Shown here in pieces: positions 17,612 through 26,309 of a stretch of 64,000 bases of DNA; positions within the stretch are counted from its first letter, which is position 1, and each line of letters starts with the position of its first letter. Where the stretch lies: positions 3,402 to 67,401 of the forward strand of contig LQBH01000069.1 in assembly GCA_002030015.1 (NCBI GenBank). Reading direction: 5' to 3'. The position numbers and the translations under genes are program-made. Origin of the DNA: a delta proteobacterium MLS_D. Lineage in GTDB: Bacteria > Desulfobacterota > Syntrophia > Syntrophales > UBA2210. The notes under the pieces are model-generated. The model did no database searches and was not told the DNA's origin. It worked only from the letters and a program-made list of their open reading frames with translations.

Positions 17612-18079
17612 TCATTTTTGTTCGAGATGATAGTTTCTGAGGGCGAAGAAGAGTTCGTTTTCCTTTTGACGCATGCGGACCGCTTCCTCCTGCGACGCTT
17701 CGTGATCGTACCCGAGAAGGTGCAGCAGTCCATGGATTACAAGATACAGGATCATGTCGTCCGCCGGAATATCTCCCGCCCGGGCGTCTCGTGCGGCTGT
17801 CTCGGCGGATACGACGATATCGCCGAGTACGGTGGGTGTTATGTCTCCAAAATCACCTTCCCGCATTGAAAAGGAGATAACATTGGTGGGACGGTCGCGT
17901 TGCAGGTAACGGTTGTTCAGGATCCTGATTTCGTCGTCGTTGACCAGTGTGACCGAGACCTCACTATCAGTGCACTCCAGAAGCTCCAGGAGGCGGCTGA
18001 GGAACCCTTTGATTTTCCGGGATTTTATGAGAATTTTTGACTGCCGGTTTTCGACGGAGACTGCTGTTTTTCTGTTCAT
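17612..18079 (-). CDS. ybeY: Endoribonuclease YbeY (16S rRNA maturation)
   Basis: 155 aa with the zinc-binding motif HGLLHLLGYDH, and NRYLQRDRPTNVISF. Confidence 0.9.
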   Translation of the reverse strand: MNRKTAVSVENRQSKILIKSRKIKGFLSRLLELLECTDSEVSVTLVNDDEIRILNNRYLQRDRPTNVISFSMREGDFGDITPTVLGDIVVSAETAARDARAGDIPADDMILYLVIHGLLHLLGYDHEASQEEAVRMRQKENELFFALRNYHLEQK

Positions 18080-20384
18080 TTGACGCTTCTTTCCCGTCCG
18101 TCTCGTAATAGTCGATCCTGTGGTGAAATATACCGTTGAGAATCCGCGCGAAACTTTCGGCGATTTTATTCAGGTCGCTGAAGGTGAGATCGGATTCATT
18201 AAGTTGATCGTCGTCAACGGCCTCACGAATTCTCGTGTCGATCAGCGCTTTTATGCGTGAAGGTGTGGGGTTTTTCAGTATCCGCGACGATGCTTCCACG
18301 ATGTCGGCCAGGAGCACGAGGGCGGCTTCTTTCGACTGTGGTTTCGGTCCCGGATAGCGGAAATCACTTTCCAGGATCGGCGGTTGCGACGGATTCTGTT
18401 CCTTTTTGGCCTTTTCGTAAAAGAATACGGCCAGCCGGGTGCCGTGGTGCTGTCGAATGATGTTGCATATTTCATCACCGAGCTTAATGGCGTCAGCTAT
18501 CTCGCACCCTTCTTTGACATGAGAAATGATGACACGGGAACTCATGGAAGGTTTCAGTTTATCGTGCTTGTTTTCCCATGTCTGCTGGTTTTCAATGTAG
18601 TAGCTCGGTTTTTTCATCTTGCCGATGTCGTGATAATAGGCTCCCACCTTTGCAAGCAGTGAATTAGCCCCGATTTCTTCGGCGGCTGCCTCAACCATGG
18701 AGGCGACGATTATTGAATGATGGTACGTCCCGGGCGCTTTGATAATCATTTCCTGGAAAATGGGCTGATTCAGGTTAGCCAGTTCCAGAAGCTTAATGTC
18801 CGTGGTGTAGCCGAAAAGATACTCGAAAAGCGGTACCGTGCCGGAAACAATAATGCCGGCCAGCAGCCCTCCCGACAGGGCCATGACGAGTTTCAGCGCC
18901 GTTTCGGCGGCAAGCAGTGTTCCGCCGAAGAGGACCAGTGCCAGGACAACGATGAGGTTAAGGGCGCCCACGATCAGACCTGTTTTAAAGAAGTCCGAGC
19001 GCTTCCGGCAATGGATGATAAAGTGTGAAGCGACGATTGATCCGCTGAAGGCGTAAATAAAAATCGCAGCCTTGTCCGGGAAGAGAAAGGTCACACAAAA
19101 CGAGGTAAAGATCGAAAAGATAAGCCCCATGTCGCGGCTGCCCAGAAGGACTGACACCAGCATTGACCCGGTTGCAAATGGTATCGCGTAGACAAGGGGA
19201 TTGCCGGAAGTCTGCAGGGAGGGCCATGCGGCTTCCGCGATAAATATGCCCGCCTTCACCAGTATGATCTGCACGACGGCGACGAATGCCATGAAGACCA
19301 GGTTTTTGACGGTTCCTGGAATCGACTGTATGCGGTGAACCGATATTCGATACAAGACGAGGGCAAGAATCGCGATAAGAAGAAATGTTCCCATCAGCAG
19401 AGAGATCATCCTGAGGGGGTGAGCGTTTTGCCTGACGGAGAGCATTTCCAGCTTTTTCATGTCTTCATCAGTGATCCGCTGGCCTTCTCTTACGACCATC
19501 TCGTTTTTCAGCACTTTGAAGAAAACGGGCTTGACATCATCAACCATTCGTTGCCGGTTTCGTTCCGTCTGTACTTCTGAAAAAACCAGGGTCGGACGCA
19601 GAGCCATTTCGGCCAGGGTTGCCGCGATGTTCAACAGGCCCAGTTCGAGCGGTCCTTTCATTGTTTCAACCGCATCTCCGAGGAAACGACGTGCTTCCTT
19701 CATCGTCGCGATGGTATCGATGTCGAGCGTAACCGTTTCTTCGGATGAACCTTCTTCGTGAATGAGAACGGTGCCGGAGTCCTGAAGGGCCGTCGCGGGA
19801 CGTTCGGCAATGACAAAAGGATTTTTGTAGGCCTCGAGCAGAAGATGAGTCGCTGCATCGGCGACAGGGCGGGCGAATCCCGCTTCGATGAGCAGGGAAA
19901 GTTCCTCGTTATTCAGCTCGATACCGGTTTTTGCTTTGAAAACGCCGCGAATTGTTTCGACCATCTTTCGGCGTTCGTCTGAGTCCTGTTCATCATTAAC
20001 GGGCATATCCCGGAAGATTTCTTCAGCAGCCTGGAACGCATCGGTCATGTTGCGGGCGATTAGAAGGGGGAGGCTTGCCGTGTATTCGTAAACGGGAGGA
20101 GCCTCTTTCGACGCCTCGATTTTTTTCTGTTGCGTGGCCGCAGTGTCTTCCACCAGTAAATCACGGTCGGCCTTTATATCCTTGGATGCAACCATGCCCA
20201 CGGTGTAAGCGGGTATTCCGGAGCCGGTCCGCGGAGTTACCAGCACCGCCAGAATAATCGAGGCGACAACGAGAATCAGACATGTCTGAAAGGTGAAATT
20301 GGCAAGAAATGAGGGCAGTCGGTCGGCAAAAGGAAGCGTTTTTCCGTTCGTCTTCTTTCTGTTTATGGTGAATATGTGACCCAT
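17967..20384 (-). CDS. 7TM-receptor / HD-domain phosphohydrolase (PgpH/YqfF-like cyclic-di-AMP phosphodiesterase family)
   Basis: 805 aa. An N-terminal extracytoplasmic region is followed by about 7 hydrophobic helices and a C-terminal HD domain (YHHSIIVASM...AYYHDIGK...HHG). It sits between phoH and ybeY, as in the Firmicute phoH-yqfF-ybeY arrangement. Its 3' end overlaps ybeY by 113 nt. Confidence 0.8.
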   Translation of the reverse strand: MGHIFTINRKKTNGKTLPFADRLPSFLANFTFQTCLILVVASIILAVLVTPRTGSGIPAYTVGMVASKDIKADRDLLVEDTAATQQKKIEASKEAPPVYEYTASLPLLIARNMTDAFQAAEEIFRDMPVNDEQDSDERRKMVETIRGVFKAKTGIELNNEELSLLIEAGFARPVADAATHLLLEAYKNPFVIAERPATALQDSGTVLIHEEGSSEETVTLDIDTIATMKEARRFLGDAVETMKGPLELGLLNIAATLAEMALRPTLVFSEVQTERNRQRMVDDVKPVFFKVLKNEMVVREGQRITDEDMKKLEMLSVRQNAHPLRMISLLMGTFLLIAILALVLYRISVHRIQSIPGTVKNLVFMAFVAVVQIILVKAGIFIAEAAWPSLQTSGNPLVYAIPFATGSMLVSVLLGSRDMGLIFSIFTSFCVTFLFPDKAAIFIYAFSGSIVASHFIIHCRKRSDFFKTGLIVGALNLIVVLALVLFGGTLLAAETALKLVMALSGGLLAGIIVSGTVPLFEYLFGYTTDIKLLELANLNQPIFQEMIIKAPGTYHHSIIVASMVEAAAEEIGANSLLAKVGAYYHDIGKMKKPSYYIENQQTWENKHDKLKPSMSSRVIISHVKEGCEIADAIKLGDEICNIIRQHHGTRLAVFFYEKAKKEQNPSQPPILESDFRYPGPKPQSKEAALVLLADIVEASSRILKNPTPSRIKALIDTRIREAVDDDQLNESDLTFSDLNKIAESFARILNGIFHHRIDYYETDGKEASNEQKNSSLRRKPAVKNSHKIPENQRVPQPPPGASGVH

Positions 20385-20448
20385 GAGAACAACTTCCCGG
20401 AGCCGGCAACGTTTTAAACGGCCGCGGCGGCTCGAAGCGACGGATATA

Positions 20449-21441
20449 TCAGGCGCCGGCCTCCGATTTCCCGTCGAGATTATTGTAAGCCTTGATTATT
20501 TCCTGTACCAGCGGATGCCGTACGACATCGACATCTGAGAAATAAATGAAATCGATGCCAGGGGTCTTACCAAGTATCGATTCAGCGTGAATCAACCCGG
20601 ATATCTTGTCGGGAGGAAGATCCGTCTGTGTTATGTCTCCTGTGATAACGGCCTTTGAATCGTAGCCCAGCCTGGTGAGAAACATTTTCATCTGCTCGGG
20701 TGTCGTGTTCTGCGCTTCGTCGAGTATAATAAAGGAATCATTCAGTGTTCGACCTCTCATAAACGCCAGGGGCGCGACTTCGATGACTCCCTTCTCGATC
20801 ATGGCCGTGACCCGGTCGAAATCAATCATGTCGTAGAGGGCATCATAAACCGGTCTCAGGTAAGGATTTACCTTTTCCGCAAGGTCGCCAGGCAGAAATC
20901 CCAGCTTTTCTCCGGCTTCCACGGCAGGCCTGGTGAGGACGATCCGGCTGACTTTTTTCGAGAACAATTCTGAGACGGCCATGGCCATTGCCAGGTATGT
21001 TTTCCCGGTTCCGGCCGGTCCTATACCAAAAACGATATCGTGCTTTCGAATGGCATCGAGGTATTGCTTCTGGGCGATGCTTTTCGGAGTAATTATTTTC
21101 TTTTTCGATGAAATAAAAACGGTATCGAGAAATATGCGCTCCAAGTCGACACGCGTGTCGCCGGACAAAATCCGATGCGCGTAATCAACGTCTGCCGCGT
21201 AGACGGGGTATCCCTTTTCCACGATCCGGTAGAGCTGCTCCAGGAGGTTGCAGACAAAATCCACCGTTTCACTGTTTCCCCTTACAGAGAGGACATTCCC
21301 CCGGATGTGTATGGAGACCTTGGTAAGTTTTTCCAGCCGTCTCGCATTCCCGCTGTGTTCGCCGAGAAGCGACTGGGTCACGGTATTATCGGGAAATTCA
21401 ATTTTCCTGACCGTGGCGGCCTGTGAGGTTTCAGTATTCAA
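20449..21441 (-). CDS. phoH: PhoH-like ATPase (YbeZ family)
   Basis: Walker A is GPAGTGKTYLAMA. Also RIVLTRPAVEAGEKLGFLPGDL, and Walker B/DEAQN in FIILDEAQNT. The track start (TTG at 21600) gives a 52-aa non-homologous leader. A TTG at 21441 would give a 330-aa protein of typical length. The start is uncertain. Confidence 0.8.
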   Translation of the reverse strand: MNTETSQAATVRKIEFPDNTVTQSLLGEHSGNARRLEKLTKVSIHIRGNVLSVRGNSETVDFVCNLLEQLYRIVEKGYPVYAADVDYAHRILSGDTRVDLERIFLDTVFISSKKKIITPKSIAQKQYLDAIRKHDIVFGIGPAGTGKTYLAMAMAVSELFSKKVSRIVLTRPAVEAGEKLGFLPGDLAEKVNPYLRPVYDALYDMIDFDRVTAMIEKGVIEVAPLAFMRGRTLNDSFIILDEAQNTTPEQMKMFLTRLGYDSKAVITGDITQTDLPPDKISGLIHAESILGKTPGIDFIYFSDVDVVRHPLVQEIIKAYNNLDGKSEAGA

Positions 21442-21617
21442 TGCAACCAGCGTATACAACTTTCCGGTTCCGATGCCATTGCGCTTAGAAGGCGTTTGTA
21501 ACGCGTCTTTTTTCTGTGCCGCGATTCCCGGCAGAACCGGGACGGACCTGGAACCTGTAAAAAGCGGAACGATGCTAGCACTTTGAATGAGCGATTGCAA
21601 ACCTTTTTGGTTACATA

Positions 21618-22868
21618 TTACTGCTTGATATCATTAAGAAATAATCGAGCAAACACCTTCGCGTTGCCGATCATGGTGTCGATTTCACAGTATTCATCAG
21701 GCTGATGAGCCATGCGATTGAGTTTTGACCAGGCGGCAACGGGAAGACCTTTCTCGCGAAGATAGGCGGCGACGGTTCCTCCGCCGATACCGACGGGCAC
21801 GGGCCTCACTCCGTAAATATGTTCCACCGCCTCCGTCAGCATGGCCACGACCGGCGCGTCCGCCGAAGTGGGCGGCGGCGCCTGTGTTTTCTGCTGCGGT
21901 TCAACCTGGATGGCAACGTTCCATTGCTTCTCGATCCTTCGGACAATTTCTGAAATTTTTTTCATTACTTCATCAAGATCATGGACGGGAAGAATCCTGC
22001 AGTCCAGGTGGAAGACGTCGTCCCCCGGAATGGTGTTTATATTGGGAACGTTTGCTTCCTTTTTCGTCGGTTCGAAGGTACTCTCCGGCGGATCATACAG
22101 CCGGTCGCGTTCAGGGAAAAGTTCGTGAAGACTTTCCAGTGCCGTCACCAGGTGGGACGCCGCCCTGAACGCGTTATTCCCCATGGCGGGAACACTTGCG
22201 TGGCATTGTTTCCCGATGGTCCTGAAACGAAGCCAGAGTATACTTTTCTCGGCGATTTCTATGCCGTCTCCCTGATCATTGCCGAAATCGGGGACCACGA
22301 TGTAATCATCGGGTTTAAACAGGGGAGGTTGTTGCTCGAGCAGGTGGCGAAGCCCCTTAATGCTCGCGGTTTCTTCGTCGGCTACGAAGGCCAGGGCCAC
22401 ATTCGTCACCGGGGTAATGCCATTCTGAATAAGACTTCGGGCCGCCATAATCGACGACACAAGGTCCTGCTGGTTGTCCTCGGTCCCCCGGCCGTAGACC
22501 CGACCGTCCGCGACTACAAGTTCATAAGGATCATGTGACCAGAGAGAACGTTCTCCCGGAGGAACCACGTCGAGGTGTGTGATTATCCAGATGGTCCGGT
22601 CCGTACGTTTGCCCGGGATCGTGGCGATAATGTTGGGGCGGGTACCCGTCGATGTCCGTTCATCGGGAGCGTCAAATCGTTGCATATTCGTAAACTCCCA
22701 TGACCGAAGAACGTTCTCAAGGGCCCGCGCTTTTTCCTCTTCACCGTCGCCCCCGCTTTCCGGCGCCAGCGCCGGGATTGCCGTCAGAATTCTCTGAAGC
22801 TCCACCGTGTCGTCCCGGTACGTATTGATGGTGCCTGCAAGTTGTTCAAACGTTCCCTCGTCGATCAT
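21618..22868 (-). CDS. M20 family metallohydrolase (ArgE/DapE-like)
   Basis: Matching segments: ITHLDVVPPGE, GRGTEDNQQ and ADEETAS, plus a dimerisation-domain insert. ATG at 22868 is preferred to TTG at 22889. Confidence 0.8.
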   Translation of the reverse strand: MIDEGTFEQLAGTINTYRDDTVELQRILTAIPALAPESGGDGEEEKARALENVLRSWEFTNMQRFDAPDERTSTGTRPNIIATIPGKRTDRTIWIITHLDVVPPGERSLWSHDPYELVVADGRVYGRGTEDNQQDLVSSIMAARSLIQNGITPVTNVALAFVADEETASIKGLRHLLEQQPPLFKPDDYIVVPDFGNDQGDGIEIAEKSILWLRFRTIGKQCHASVPAMGNNAFRAASHLVTALESLHELFPERDRLYDPPESTFEPTKKEANVPNINTIPGDDVFHLDCRILPVHDLDEVMKKISEIVRRIEKQWNVAIQVEPQQKTQAPPPTSADAPVVAMLTEAVEHIYGVRPVPVGIGGGTVAAYLREKGLPVAAWSKLNRMAHQPDEYCEIDTMIGNAKVFARLFLNDIKQ

Positions 22869-22964
22869 GATATGAAATCCGCCTTTCAATGTCGTCTTAT
22901 TTTTTTGTGCCTGTCGTGGCGGGTCCTGTCCATAAGGAACAATTCTCTCGTTTTCTTCATGCCG

Positions 22965-24458
22965 TCAGAGCTCCTCCACCTCCTCCAGTAAGTCACTGCG
23001 TATTTCCACGAGAGGCTCCTTCGCGACACGTTGTTCCTTGACTGAATCAGGATGTCCCAGCACAAGGAGAACACGTCTGTTGCTTCCCAGATACGCGTCG
23101 GCGCTGCGGCGGACGTCCTCGGCATCGACTGAGGCGATTCTGTCGGTGTAGGTCTGAAGAAAATTGTCGGGAAGCCCCTGGAACGCGTTCATCATTTGTT
23201 TCCTGGTGATTTTTGAAGCCGATGTAAAAGAAAAGACGTGGCTGTTGATAAGCGATTTTCGGGAGCGTTCGAGTGCTTCCGTATCAACGGGATTCCATGC
23301 CAGATCCTCAAGTATGGAATTCATCAGCTCCACGACGCTTGCGGTTGCCTCGGACCTCGTCATGGCGTAAACGGCGACCACGCCGAAATCGCTTTTCGGT
23401 TCGTAAATGGAACCAACACTGTAGGCAAGACCCCTTCTGGTCCTGATTTCAGTCGTCATTCGCGACTGGAAACCGCCTCCGCCGGCGATGTCGTTAAGCA
23501 CATTCATTGCGTAGAAATCGGGATCGTTTTTACCCGGGACCACGTACCCGGCAACGATTACCGATTGAGGAAGATCTCTCGACAGGTAGTAACCAGCAGC
23601 CAATTCCCGGGGGACAGGCGGTTCGGGAAGCGGTTCGGCTTCTGCAAGGCAACGGGAACCCAACAGGTCGTTGAGCTTTTTCCTGATCTCACGTAATGAA
23701 ACGTCGCCGGAAACGGCTGCCATTGACGGGCCGGATTGAATGAAATTTTTATGAAAGATTTCACAATGATCCCGTGTTATGGCCCGCACGGAATTAATTG
23801 TGGGTGATCGGCCCCACCGTTCGTCGTCGTAGAGAAGACGTGATAATTCGCGGAAGGCGAGCCGCTGCGGGTTGTCTGGAATACGCCTGAGATCCTCGAC
23901 GGTGACGTTCGCGACATTTGCCAGGCGTTGTTCGCTGAAACGGGGGTGATGCAGGATATCGTTAAAAATTTCAAGCGCGCGGTCAAAGGTATCGGTCGTC
24001 GCGTCGACAGACAGCACCATGGTTTTCTTGCCGACGGATACGGAAATATCGGCCGCCAGAAAATCAAGTTCATCGTCCACCTCGTCGGGAGTCATACGGC
24101 TTGTACCGCCCCTGATCATTGCCTTGCCCGTCAAGGCTGCCAGGCCCTCCAGTCCCGGAGGATCAAAAACGGAACCCGCCTGTATGATGAGTGACAGCTT
24201 GACCAGCGGCAACTCCCTGTCTTCCATGAAGAAAAGAACCATGCCGTTGTCGAGAACAACACGCTCCACAGCCGGCGGGTCGAAATCAAGGGGTTCAACG
24301 GCTATAGCATTCGGATCGGGCAGGACCGGCGCGGCTGTCGCCCGGTCTTCCGGAAAAGGACTCCTCGGGGCGTCACACCTGCCGATCAGGCAGGTGCAGC
24401 CCGTCAGCGACAGCGAGAGAATCAGAACGATGAAAACGCGGTATATATTATTCTTCAC
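22965..24458 (-). CDS. M16 family peptidase-like lipoprotein, lacks the HxxEH zinc motif (non-catalytic partner)
   Basis: Lipoprotein signal (VLILSLSLTGC). M16 fold-like repeats are present, but the HxxEH position reads LEGLAALTGKAM. The GTG start overlaps the stop of the upstream M16 gene (GTGA). Confidence 0.75.
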   Translation of the reverse strand: MKNNIYRVFIVLILSLSLTGCTCLIGRCDAPRSPFPEDRATAAPVLPDPNAIAVEPLDFDPPAVERVVLDNGMVLFFMEDRELPLVKLSLIIQAGSVFDPPGLEGLAALTGKAMIRGGTSRMTPDEVDDELDFLAADISVSVGKKTMVLSVDATTDTFDRALEIFNDILHHPRFSEQRLANVANVTVEDLRRIPDNPQRLAFRELSRLLYDDERWGRSPTINSVRAITRDHCEIFHKNFIQSGPSMAAVSGDVSLREIRKKLNDLLGSRCLAEAEPLPEPPVPRELAAGYYLSRDLPQSVIVAGYVVPGKNDPDFYAMNVLNDIAGGGGFQSRMTTEIRTRRGLAYSVGSIYEPKSDFGVVAVYAMTRSEATASVVELMNSILEDLAWNPVDTEALERSRKSLINSHVFSFTSASKITRKQMMNAFQGLPDNFLQTYTDRIASVDAEDVRRSADAYLGSNRRVLLVLGHPDSVKEQRVAKEPLVEIRSDLLEEVEEL

Positions 24459-25993
24459 GGATGTTCTTCCCTTTCCAGGAGCGCGACGGTTCTGTTGCTT
24501 TTAACGAAATATTCGTCTGCGGCCGACCGGATGTCGTCGGCTTCGATGGAAGCGATGCGATCGAGATAATTTGTAAGATAGCCGCAGTCTCCCAGGGTCG
24601 CCTCGAAATAGGATAAAACCGAGGCGGTCCCGCTGTTGGAATCGAGCATGCGGCAAAAATCCGCCCGTATTCCGTTCTTTGCTTTTTGAAGTTCACGTCG
24701 GGAAACAGGTTCCCGTTTCAGCCGTTCAAGTTCGCTGAGGATTGCCGATTCCAGCGCCGCGAGAGACACCCCGTCCAGCGGTTCCGCTTCAACTATGAAG
24801 AGGTTATTATACAGTATGCCGGGAAATCCGTTGACCGCGGAGATGTCTCCGGCCAGCTCCTTCTCAATGACGAGAGAACGGTATAAACGCGATGAACGTC
24901 CCCCTGTTAGAATATTTTCAATAATATCGAAAACATAGTCTTCCATCGCGGGTGCGGTCGGTTTTTTGAACCCAATGATCAGCCGGGGATTGGCTGAAGA
25001 TGACAGGGAAGCCCGTCTTTCGCCCCGCTGAGGCGGTTCGGCGGTAACACCCCGTGTAAGGAGGTTGTCGGCCGGCGATTCTTTAAGAGCGCCGAAATAC
25101 TTAGTTATCAGGGGCAGAACTTCAGAATTTGTCACGTCTCCCACGACGGCGATCACCATGTTTGAAGGACGGTACAGAGAACGAAAAAATCGGGTCAGGT
25201 AGTCTATGTCGAGACGGGCGATGTCGTCGCTCCATCCCAGTATGGGCCTGCCGTAGGGATGGGCGATGAAAGCCGTTCCCAGAAAGAGTTCACTGAGCTG
25301 CCGCTCGGGGCGGGAATCAACCATTTGCCGTCGTTCTTCCCTGACCACGTCACGCTCTGAAAGAAACTCACGGAAAACGGGATTCATGAGCCGGTCCGCC
25401 TCGATTCTGGCCCACAGTTCCAGTGCGTTGGCCGGCAGGTTCACCATGTAGGTGGTCAGTTCGTACCCGGTCGAGGCATTGAGACCCACGCCCCCGCGTT
25501 CTCTGTAAAGCCTGTCGATTTCGTTTGAAACGATAAGAGAGCGCTTTTCTTCTTCCAGCCGATTGATTTTCTCGGCCAGTTCCCGGGCTTCGGAGGAATC
25601 GTCGCCGTCGCGCCTGGAAACCTTCTTCAGCACCGATCGTGCTTCAGAAATCCGGTCGCGCAATGATTTTTCCGCCTGGTAATCGACCGTCCCGATAGTG
25701 GTGGTTCCCTTGAACATCATGTGTTCCAGGAGATGCGCGGCGCCGGTTCGACTGGTAAGATCGTCAACCGCCCCAGCGCGGTGGCGGATATAGAGGGACA
25801 CCGTCGGGCTTATGGAACGTTCCTTGACGAGGACCCGTATACCGTTTGGAAGGATTGTTCTATGAATTCCCGCCGCCGGGTCAAAGGCATCCGCCTGCGG
25901 CGAATAGGCCGACAGAACCAGTATGAAAAGGGCCGCGGCAATGGGCGGAATCAATCTGGTCCGCAGGCCGCCGGACGGGAAAAACGTTCTCAC
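24455..25993 (-). CDS. M16 family zinc peptidase (pitrilysin/PqqL-like), catalytic subunit
   Basis: Signal peptide, then GAAHLLEHMMFKGT (HxxEH) and the downstream glutamate region. The GTG start overlaps the stop of the preceding small ORF (GTGA at 25990-25993). Confidence 0.85.
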   Translation of the reverse strand: MRTFFPSGGLRTRLIPPIAAALFILVLSAYSPQADAFDPAAGIHRTILPNGIRVLVKERSISPTVSLYIRHRAGAVDDLTSRTGAAHLLEHMMFKGTTTIGTVDYQAEKSLRDRISEARSVLKKVSRRDGDDSSEARELAEKINRLEEEKRSLIVSNEIDRLYRERGGVGLNASTGYELTTYMVNLPANALELWARIEADRLMNPVFREFLSERDVVREERRQMVDSRPERQLSELFLGTAFIAHPYGRPILGWSDDIARLDIDYLTRFFRSLYRPSNMVIAVVGDVTNSEVLPLITKYFGALKESPADNLLTRGVTAEPPQRGERRASLSSSANPRLIIGFKKPTAPAMEDYVFDIIENILTGGRSSRLYRSLVIEKELAGDISAVNGFPGILYNNLFIVEAEPLDGVSLAALESAILSELERLKREPVSRRELQKAKNGIRADFCRMLDSNSGTASVLSYFEATLGDCGYLTNYLDRIASIEADDIRSAADEYFVKSNRTVALLEREEHP

Positions 25994-26247
25994 GGATCCT
26001 CCTTTTCAAAAGTCGAACGAGCGGTTCGCCCGCCGCCTGTCAGGCGGCCGTAAATTTTAAAAACGGGGTACAGCATGATGCTGGCACTTACGAGTATCAG
26101 CAGGCTGGACGAAAAGAAATACATGATGAATGAAAAAGGATCGTCAAGGCCGTAGCAGCCGATCAGCACCCTGACGCCCCTGTACAGGAAAAATCCGGAA
26201 ACGAAAAGAATAACAAGCTGTTTTGTCCACCAGAATAAATGATTCAT
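25990..26247 (-). CDS. Small membrane protein (85 aa, two hydrophobic helices)
   Basis: Hydrophobic segments: LVILFVSGFFLY...VLIGCYG and FIMYFFSSSLLILVSASIMLYPVF. Translationally coupled to the M16 gene. No recognised family. Confidence 0.45.
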   Translation of the reverse strand: MNHLFWWTKQLVILFVSGFFLYRGVRVLIGCYGLDDPFSFIMYFFSSSLLILVSASIMLYPVFKIYGRLTGGGRTARSTFEKEDP

Positions 26248-26309
26248 AACACGTTCGGCGTGAGTCTAGTATGTTATGTGATGTGAATCAAGGTATTTAA
26301 TGTCGGGGT

